NCBI GenBank assembly: GCA_963737265.1 | Contig: CAVTRY010000023.1 | Coordinates: 1 to 64,000 of the forward strand | Source: an uncultured delta proteobacterium | GTDB taxonomy: Bacteria; Myxococcota_A; Polyangia; Fen-1088 | Direction: 5' to 3' | Length of the DNA: 64,000 nucleotides | In this document: positions 29,395-36,856 of the stretch, one piece after another | Numbering within the stretch: position 1 is the stretch's first letter | How the letters are laid out: each line of letters starts with the position of its first letter | Notes under the pieces: generated by a model | Databases searched by the model: none | Seen by the model: the letters and a program-made list of their open reading frames with translations, nothing else | What the model was told of the DNA's origin: nothing | Made by a program: the position numbers and the translations under genes

Positions 29395-29423
29395 AGCATG
29401 ATGTCATGATGTCATGATGTCAA
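29395..29423 (-). promoter_or_regulatory. sigma70-like vapBC promoter with 3 x 8-bp repeat operator
   Basis: TTGACA-17-CATGCT; (CATGATGT)x3 on plus strand 29397-29420; ATG 6 nt after the -10. Confidence 0.65.
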
Positions 29424-29754
29424 GGCTCTCCGTCGAAGAGGGTAGGTTGCATGAACCCGTGTTTTGGAGTGAAGCGGCCGGAAACCCAAGGGCGATCCTC
29501 AAGCCGTAATCCCGCGAGAAGCGCAGCGACGTCGCGGAAGGCGGCAGAAAAAGGCGCCTTTCCTGGGTGCGTCCGCCGAAAGATGGAGGGAAAACCCGGG
29601 CACGTGAAACGCACCGCGTCGAAGTGCTATCGGCGAATCGACGGTACTTACAAACCACTGCGCTGAATTTATCGCCCACCGCAGAGCGAGACCCGGCCTA
29701 CTCGAGGGCAATCCCATCCACGACGACATGGTGGGACCGGTCATCTAGAATGCG

Positions 29755-31347
29755 TCACAGGAGCGAGTGCACAACCTTTCCGCCCACGACCGTGAGCAGC
29801 ACCTTGGTTTCGGGTATGCCCTCAACGTCGATCGTGAAGACATCCTGCGAAAGCGCGATAAAGTCCGCAAGCATGCCTGGGGCAAGTGCACCCTTCTGCT
29901 CCTCCATGTGCTCCGCGTACGCCGAGCCACGGCAGTAAGCCATTACGGCTTGCTCGACGGTCAGGGCCTCCGAAAGATCGTAGGCCACTCCTTTCGGTGC
30001 GACGCCTCGGCGGCTGACCGCCCGGTAGATGACCTGAAACGGGTCGTATTCGATCTCGCCGGGGATGTCCGAACCGAACGAAAGGCTCACGCCAGCATCG
30101 AGGAGCGAGCGATAGGGATAGAGCCGGGAAAAGCGCTCGGCGCCGACCAGCGCTCGATCGCGCTCGGGTAAGGCCAAGGCCACTGGCTGCACCGAAGCCA
30201 GAACCCCAAGGCGGCCCATACGCTCGATGTCGGCGGGGGCGATGATTTGCACGTGCTCCATTCGGATGCGCAATCGTGTGACAATAGGAAGATCCCGAGC
30301 CACCGTCTCGATCGCGTCCAGCACCGCCTTGGCCGCTCCGTCCCCGATGGTGTGAAAGGCCAGTTGTCGCCGACGCCTTGCCCCACGCCGAACGATCGCT
30401 TCCAGCTCCTGCGGCTGCAGGACCACCCGGCCGGTGTTGCTTGCCTCGTTCTCGTACGGCGCAAGCATCCAAGCGGTGTGCGGTGAAAACGCACCATCGA
30501 CGATATATTTCTCTGGGCCACGCCGAATCCAAAGTGGATTGTAGTGGCTCATGTCCATGCCTCGCGCAAGCAGCGGAAATTGACCGAACGACCAGCACGA
30601 GAAGCGGGCCGTCAGCCGGCCCAGGCGTCTAAGAAGATGAAGCAGCCAGATGGTAAAGGGCTGCCAAGTATTGTCCTGTACGGAAGTAATTCCCGATTTG
30701 CGAAAACGATCCAGGGCGGCATTGAGAAGATCCCAATGAAGCCTCGGCGCCAGCGTTCGCCGCAGAAGCTCCCGGCGATGCCTGCTGTGAACTACGGTTC
30801 CAAGCACGATGCCAGTGGGCTCGCCTTGCTCGTCCCGAACGATGGCCCCCGTGCCTGCCTTGCCCTCTTTCGAGGCGGCATCGAGCAACTCCTTGAGCGC
30901 AAGTGTGTTTAGCCACTGGGCGTGCCCCGAATACTGGCGCAAAACGACCGGGTTGTTCGGGAAGACCTGATCCAGAAGCTCCTTGTTGGGATGTGGGCAG
31001 GACGAATAGTCCCAGGCGTACCCCGTCAGTCGCTGCCCCGGTTTGCTGTCAACATAATGTTGCTTCAGCGCCTCCACGATCTCGTCGGCGTTCTTGCCAA
31101 ATAGATTGGGATGTTGGAAGAAAAGTCCCATGCCGAGTGCGTGCAAATGATTGTCGTTGAATCCTGGCAACACAGTCAGGCCGCGGGCATCCACGATGAC
31201 AGTGTTCGTCCCCGCCGTCGCGAGGAGCGCCCCGTCGTCTCCCAACGCCACAATCCGCTCTCCCGTCACCGACAGGGCACGCGCCCTCGGCCGCGCGGAA
31301 TCGAGCGTGACGATATTCGCGTTGTGGAGAATGAGATCCGGCGGCAC
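29755..31347 (-). CDS. Metal-dependent amidohydrolase (YtcJ/Amidohydro_3-like)
   Basis: PGFNDNHLH, HTIGD, RMEH, FGSD, G.LAPGMLADF; start approximate. Confidence 0.9.
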   Translation of the reverse strand: MPPDLILHNANIVTLDSARPRARALSVTGERIVALGDDGALLATAGTNTVIVDARGLTVLPGFNDNHLHALGMGLFFQHPNLFGKNADEIVEALKQHYVDSKPGQRLTGYAWDYSSCPHPNKELLDQVFPNNPVVLRQYSGHAQWLNTLALKELLDAASKEGKAGTGAIVRDEQGEPTGIVLGTVVHSRHRRELLRRTLAPRLHWDLLNAALDRFRKSGITSVQDNTWQPFTIWLLHLLRRLGRLTARFSCWSFGQFPLLARGMDMSHYNPLWIRRGPEKYIVDGAFSPHTAWMLAPYENEASNTGRVVLQPQELEAIVRRGARRRRQLAFHTIGDGAAKAVLDAIETVARDLPIVTRLRIRMEHVQIIAPADIERMGRLGVLASVQPVALALPERDRALVGAERFSRLYPYRSLLDAGVSLSFGSDIPGEIEYDPFQVIYRAVSRRGVAPKGVAYDLSEALTVEQAVMAYCRGSAYAEHMEEQKGALAPGMLADFIALSQDVFTIDVEGIPETKVLLTVVGGKVVHSLL

Positions 31348-31582
31348 GGCCCTTACCACGACGTAGAGGTTACTTCTTGGGGCCTTTGTCCGTCTCTTCC
31401 AGATCCAAGCTCTTGATGGGCAAATCCCAGTGCGCATCCAAGATCTCGAAGCGGCGCTGCTCTTCCTTCTTGTACGGCGTCTGGTCGGGGAATAGCTTCT
31501 TTGTCCAGCAAAAGAGAATTGGGTCTTGCGTCTCGACAAGACACCCGATAGTCGTCAGAGAACCGTCTCGATGGAAAAACGG

Positions 31583-31894
31583 CTACGCCACTGCGTCCTT
31601 GGCCGCCTTCACCGGGCGCCCTTTGATCACTTTGCGGGCCGGCTTCGCCTTGAAGACCGTTGGCTCCTTGGTGAACGGGTTGATGCCCTTGCGCGCCTTG
31701 GTGGCTGGCTTCTTGATGACAACCAGTCGCAGAAGTCCCGGCACGACGAAAACGCCGTTCTTCTTCAGCTCGGTGTGACCGATACTGGCGACAGATTCGA
31801 GGATGCCCTTCACGTCCTTGCGGGTAAGCTTGTCGGCAAACTTGTCGGCGAGGGATTGGATGAGGGCGGACTTGGAAAGAGGACCTTTGGACAT
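31583..31894 (-). CDS. HU/IHF-family DNA-binding protein
   Basis: KSALI...PGL......KPA.KARKGINPFT.E....AKPA; AAGGAG RBS before ATG 31894. Confidence 0.92.
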   Translation of the reverse strand: MSKGPLSKSALIQSLADKFADKLTRKDVKGILESVASIGHTELKKNGVFVVPGLLRLVVIKKPATKARKGINPFTKEPTVFKAKPARKVIKGRPVKAAKDAVA

Positions 31895-32061
31895 CGTATC
31901 TCCTTGAGGTTGGAATCGAACCGCCTGCTGTGCGTGGTGACCAGCGCAGCGGCGCACCACCAACCGTAGCCGATTTCTCGAGCAAGGTGGGATGAGATTC
32001 GTTGAAATCACCCCTTGGGGTAGTCGTCGCCGGGGGAGACCACGGCGGGCCCGTGGTCGGT

Positions 32062-32638
32062 GGGTGCCTCCCTGAAACGGGGGCCCCAGCCGGGGGCTCG
32101 GTGAGGTAGCAACTTCTAGCGGAGTGCCGCCGAAAACGCAGATATGGAACAGCGAGGAACGGAGAAACAGAGACAGGATGACTTTACTGGGCAAATTATC
32201 GCCGCCTGCATCGAAGTCCACCGTCACCTCGGTCCCGGGCTGCTTGAGTCGGCCTACGAGCACTGCCTGGCGCGCGAGCTAGGCCTGCGTGGATTTCGCA
32301 CGCAACGTCAGGTCGCGATTCCTCTGCAGTACAAAGGCATTGACCTCGACTGCGGCTATCGCCTCGACCTCATGGTGGAAGGCCGTTTGGTCGTCGAAGT
32401 CAAGGCGGTAGAGCAGTTGCTTCCTGTCCACTTGGCACAGTCATTACCTATCTCAAGCTCCTACGACTGCCGGTGGGCCTGCTCGTCAATTTTCACGTCC
32501 CCGTACTTCGCGAGGGTCTCCGCCGCCTCTCAACCCAACCCGTGATCCCTCTGGTCCTCCGTTCCTCCCTGTTTTTCCCTCCGATCCCACCTGCGCGGGG
32601 CGAGGTGAAGCCCCAGCCCCCATTTCAGGGAAGCACCC
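32062..32638. mobile_element. 577-bp transposase-less element with 23-bp TIRs and 9-bp target duplication, carrying a GxxExxY gene
   Basis: GGGTGCCTCCCTGAAACGGGGGC (32062-32084) and GCCCCCATTTCAGGGAAGCACCC (32616-32638), 21/23 inverted match; GTGGTCGGT at 32053-32061 and 32639-32647. Confidence 0.82.
32144..32545 (+). CDS. GxxExxY protein (PD-(D/E)xK-like fold), frameshift near 32441
   Basis: VHRHLGPGLLESAYEHCL, YRLDLMVE..VVEVK; the family C-terminus (TYLK...GLLVNF...GLRR) continues in the frame of ORF 32473-32721. Confidence 0.88.
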   Translation: MEQRGTEKQRQDDFTGQIIAACIEVHRHLGPGLLESAYEHCLARELGLRGFRTQRQVAIPLQYKGIDLDCGYRLDLMVEGRLVVEVKAVEQLLPVHLAQSLPISSSYDCRWACSSIFTSPYFARVSAASQPNP

Positions 32639-32775
32639 GTGGTCGGTTTCCACCTCGATGTCCAGCCGCCGGGCGAGGTAAAAGCAGCCCGCGGCTATGC
32701 CGCCGGAAAGGAGGAGGATGAGCGTTGCCTGTACGCCGGGACGTTTCAAGTCATCCGACCAGCCTTCGACATTGC

Positions 32776-32926
32776 CCGTTCCCCGCGCACGCTGGGATGA
32801 ACCGTCGACGTCAGCCGGATGGGCAACGGCAAGATCCCGTTCCCCGCGCACGCGGGGATGAACCGCCGTGGACGGGGACCCCGACTGCCATGCCGGTCCG
32901 TTCCCCGGGCACGCGGGGATGAGCCG
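32776..32926 (+). CRISPR. Orphan CRISPR array, type I-E-like repeats: 3 repeats, 2 spacers
   Basis: 29-bp repeats CCGTTCCCCGCGCACGCGGGGATGAACCG at 32776, 32837 and 32898 (1, 0 and 2 mismatches); 32-bp spacers; no cas genes in window. Confidence 0.9.
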
Positions 32927-32957
32927 ACGGGCCGACAACAGACCTCCGTCGCGTGAG

Positions 32958-34436
32958 CTAGGTCGTCTCGAAGAGCCCCATGAAACCGAAATCCATGTGC
33001 AGCTGCATATGGCAGTGGAACAAGGTCATGCCCGGCTGGTCGGCGGTGAAGTCAACTTCCATCTTTTGGTAGCCGCCCAGCATCGCAACGTCCTTCATCA
33101 CGCCGGCGGTCGGCTTTCCCGCGATATTCGTGAGCTCGAACGTGTGCCGGTGCAGATGCATGGGGTGGAGGTCGTCGCTCGCGTTACGCATGCGCAGCCG
33201 GTAGCGCTTGCCCCGTTCGAGCCGCCAGTCGACCGTCATGTGGTCCATGTCGAACGCCTTGCCGTTGATAGTCCATCGGTTGAACCCCTGGTCCGCGGCG
33301 TTGTCCTTGGCGAACAGCATGTCGATGGTCCGATCGGGCTGTGGGGCCGTCTTGCCGGGATCGGCGAAGCGCCGGTAGTCCCAGCGGTAGGGCGAGGGCT
33401 TGCGCCACGCGGGCTTGCCCTTCGACCCGGCGTATTCGACTACCACACCCATGCCGTCTCGGCGGTCGTCGTTGGCCATGTCCCCCAGGACCCATACCCC
33501 TGGGTGGTTCATCTCGACGAGCGCGCTGATCCGCTCGGCGGTGCCCAGCCAGAGCACCGGCACCTCGGTCGGGCGAGGGACCGGGTTGCCGTCGAGGGCC
33601 AGCACCTTGAACGTGTGGCCGGGCAACGCCAGGCTCCGGTTTTCAGTGGCGCTCCCGTTGAGCACGTGAAACATTACGCGCTCGCCGCGTTTCACCCGAA
33701 CCGGCTCGCCGAAGCCGAGTTGCCGGCCGTTGATGGTGAAGATGCGGTACCCCACCTCGAAGCCCTTCTTCATCCCCTTGGCCAGCGATGACTGCATGGC
33801 CGTCTCGCCCTGCTTCTTCAGCGCGGGGTCGGGAGCGGAAGGCGACAGGATGTCCATCGCCATGTCGCCACCCTGGCTGAAGAACGGGTCGAACTCCTTC
33901 AAGGTGAGGAACACCTCGCGGTCGAAGGCTCCGGGCTCGCGCGCCGGTTCGATGTAGACCGGCCCGACCTGGCCGCTGTACTGGCCCAGGCTCAGGTTTC
34001 CGCCCGCCCGGAGGTGCGTGTGATAAAAGCGCAGGCCGGCAGGGCGCGGCGTGAAGACCACCCGACGCATGCCGTGCGCCGGAATGTAGGGAGTCCCTTC
34101 TTCGGCCGCGCCGTCAACCGAAACGGGAACCTGCTGGCCGTGCCAATGGAGCTGTTCGGGGGTGTCGGTATCGTTGTGGACGTCGACCGTCACGCTCCGC
34201 CCTTCCTTGAAACGGAGCAAGGGGCCAGGGAACGACCCGTTGTAGGTGGTCATCGACAGGAATCGCTGAGGGCCGACCTCCACGAGACCAGACCCGATGC
34301 GCAACACGTGGTCGGCCTGCGGGCTCGAGGCCGGGGCGTCGTGAGCCTGCATCGGCTCGGCCGCTTCGACCAAACGCGCAAGTCGGACGGCGCAGAGTCC
34401 GCCGCCGGCAGCTTTCAGGAATGCCCTGCGATCCAT
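32958..34436 (-). CDS. Tat-exported multicopper oxidase
   Basis: DRRAFLK Tat motif; HWHG, YHTH, HPMHLH, HCHMQLHMDFGFM. Confidence 0.93.
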   Translation of the reverse strand: MDRRAFLKAAGGGLCAVRLARLVEAAEPMQAHDAPASSPQADHVLRIGSGLVEVGPQRFLSMTTYNGSFPGPLLRFKEGRSVTVDVHNDTDTPEQLHWHGQQVPVSVDGAAEEGTPYIPAHGMRRVVFTPRPAGLRFYHTHLRAGGNLSLGQYSGQVGPVYIEPAREPGAFDREVFLTLKEFDPFFSQGGDMAMDILSPSAPDPALKKQGETAMQSSLAKGMKKGFEVGYRIFTINGRQLGFGEPVRVKRGERVMFHVLNGSATENRSLALPGHTFKVLALDGNPVPRPTEVPVLWLGTAERISALVEMNHPGVWVLGDMANDDRRDGMGVVVEYAGSKGKPAWRKPSPYRWDYRRFADPGKTAPQPDRTIDMLFAKDNAADQGFNRWTINGKAFDMDHMTVDWRLERGKRYRLRMRNASDDLHPMHLHRHTFELTNIAGKPTAGVMKDVAMLGGYQKMEVDFTADQPGMTLFHCHMQLHMDFGFMGLFETT

Positions 34437-34836
34437 GGTCCCCCTGCCTCTTCGTGGCCTTCGTCGATTGCGAATCTACTATAGGTTCGCGCCACCCCTG
34501 CTGCAACAGCATCGAGAGGGTGTCAGGCGCGAAGATATAGTGCCAGCCACGGTTCGGCCGACCAACGGGTTTCGCGAAGATCCTTCCGGCGGGACCGAGT
34601 CGGCTCGAGCACTCGCCGTCTGGGGTCTTCGGCCTCATTTGAGTTGCGTCGGGTTCCCGTCTGCCGGTGCTGCCCACTGCTTGGTGCCAGAGGGGAAATA
34701 CTGCTGCAGCGAAAGGATCATCCCGCGCGCCATCCAACTCTAAAGCTCGCAGCGGAGTAACCGATGTGCAGTCCTTGTCCACGACAAGCGGGTGAACCTG
34801 CATCATGCGTTGACACCTACGCCAACCATGTAGCCC

Positions 34837-36492
34837 GTGGACCACGGCCCAATCATGCAATTACCGCAGCACATGACGCAGAAGGCAGTATCCAGGGCAC
34901 GTCTTGCGCCGATGATGAGTGTATTGGCTTTCGCCGCGTACCAAGGTGAGAGTCGGGCGGCTGACAACGCGACCAGCGAAGCCGAGGCCGCGCAGGGTGC
35001 CAGACCAGAAAGAAACACGCCCGCCAGCCAGCCGGCGGCCCAACAGAACGAGCCCGAGACAAGACCTCAATCTGCCGGCTTAACATCGGCGCTGTCATCC
35101 CCGCGGGCGGCGTCGCCGTCGACAGAAGTGCCGCAAACGCCGGTCGAGCAAAAGCTCCCTCCGGCGCACAGCGGCGCGGCGAAGCCAGCCGAGGTCGTGC
35201 CCATTCCTTCATCCACTTCTGCGCCCAATCCGTCGAGCCCGCCGCCGCTGACTTGGTTCGGCGTAACCCTGTATGGCGTAGTCGACGTTGGCGTTGCTCA
35301 CTTGTCTCACGGTGCTCCTGCCAGCAATACCTACGGGCCCGGCTTGCCCTATATCGTTCAGAACTTCAGTAATAGTTCGATGACGTCTGTCGCGGGCAAT
35401 GGACTAAGTCAATCGAAGCTCGGTCTTTCCGGTGTCGAACCCATCGGCTCGCTGGATCTTAGAGCAATCTTCAAACTCGAGACGGGCTTTCAGCCGACGA
35501 CTGGTAGACTGACGGACGGGCCCAAATCCTTGATCGACAACAATGGCCGGGCCAATGCCGATAAGGTCACGGCCGGAGATTCCGCCCGCGCTGGTCAGCC
35601 ATTTCAAGGCGCGGCTTTCGCGGGCATGTCCTCGGCCATGTTCGGGACGTTGACGTTTGGGCGCCAGAATTCGCTGATGGCCGACGACCTCATGAAATAC
35701 GATCCCCAGCTGCAGTCCCAGGCCTTCTCGCCCATTGGCTATTCGGGAGCAGCGGGCGGGTTGGGAGATACGGAAGACAAGATTCTCGACGATTCCTTGA
35801 AATACGCCGTGGGATACGGCCCTGTGCACCTGGCAGCGCTCTACCAATTCCACAGCCCGGACTCTGTGCCGGGAGGATCTGAGTCGCTGGATGTCGGCCT
35901 GGACTACGCAGGGCTATCCGTCGACCTTCTGTGGGGACGCGTCCACGACGCCATTTCGGCCGCGTCGCTGACCGCTGCGCAGAACACAGCCGCACCGGGC
36001 ACGCTGGCGGCAACGGCGTCTGACAACACGGCCTACGCAATCCTGGCCCGCTATGCGCTCCGCCCCATCAAGATCTACGCCGGCTACGAGCACATGACGT
36101 ACGCCAATCCCAAGGATCCTCTACCGAACGGTAAAGTCGCCATTGGTGGATACGTGCTCAGTACCATCAACGACACAGCCTTCACAATCCACAAGGCGTT
36201 GCAATACGCTTGGATTGGAGCACGCTATTCCATAATCCCATCTCTCGACGTTAGCGGCGCCTACTATCAATTTCGCCAAAACAGTTACAATACCAACGGC
36301 TGCGCCAACACCAGCTCCGGATCGTGCTCGGGCCTCTACCACGACGCCTCACTTGTAGCGGACTACAAGCTCTCACTGCGATTCGATGTCTACGGGGGTG
36401 TCAATTACTCGCGCGCCATGGATGGAATGGCTTCAGGATTCCTCAACGATCGCAACTGGACGTCGATGCTCGGCATTCGGTTTGTGTTCTAG
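34837..36492 (+). CDS. Gram-negative porin with Pro-rich N-terminal extension
   Basis: VTLYGVVDVG, S.LG.SG.E, AIFKLETGF, FGTLTFGRQ; terminal Phe. Confidence 0.87.
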   Translation: MDHGPIMQLPQHMTQKAVSRARLAPMMSVLAFAAYQGESRAADNATSEAEAAQGARPERNTPASQPAAQQNEPETRPQSAGLTSALSSPRAASPSTEVPQTPVEQKLPPAHSGAAKPAEVVPIPSSTSAPNPSSPPPLTWFGVTLYGVVDVGVAHLSHGAPASNTYGPGLPYIVQNFSNSSMTSVAGNGLSQSKLGLSGVEPIGSLDLRAIFKLETGFQPTTGRLTDGPKSLIDNNGRANADKVTAGDSARAGQPFQGAAFAGMSSAMFGTLTFGRQNSLMADDLMKYDPQLQSQAFSPIGYSGAAGGLGDTEDKILDDSLKYAVGYGPVHLAALYQFHSPDSVPGGSESLDVGLDYAGLSVDLLWGRVHDAISAASLTAAQNTAAPGTLAATASDNTAYAILARYALRPIKIYAGYEHMTYANPKDPLPNGKVAIGGYVLSTINDTAFTIHKALQYAWIGARYSIIPSLDVSGAYYQFRQNSYNTNGCANTSSGSCSGLYHDASLVADYKLSLRFDVYGGVNYSRAMDGMASGFLNDRNWTSMLGIRFVF

Positions 36493-36856
36493 TACCATCG
36501 TCGCCCCACAGGCCCGCCGTGTGCGCCCTGGCCGAGCACGCCGCGGGCAATTACCGCGTCCTGTGCGGCATGGCCGCCGATCTTTTGGCCGCCGGAGCCG
36601 AGCAAAAGGCGAGCAGGGATTGCAGAGCGTTGGCCAGCCGCCGAACTCGCCAGCGCGGCCCAGGGACTCACGGGAGCCGACATCGCCTATCTGTGCCAAC
36701 GGGCGGCGATGTTTTGCGTGAAGGACGCCGTTGGCGCCAGCGAGCTGGCCGACATCGCCGTCGCTTGCCACCACTCGATGCTGCCCTGGCCTTCTGACTG
36801 CTATTTGGAGAATCCTTTTTCGCGGTCGTGGCTCTCAAGGGAGCAGGAGGGTTCAA

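Noticed and set aside
29630-29652. GACGGTACTTAC resembling an IS66 end
   Set aside because: No partner inverted repeat or IS66 genes found.
31895-32263. Long N-terminal extension of the HU ORF
   Set aside because: RBS and family length point to ATG 31894; the extension runs through the TIR element.
32715-32775. Possible fourth CRISPR repeat or leader upstream of the array
   Set aside because: No repeat similarity at the 61-bp period and not AT-rich.
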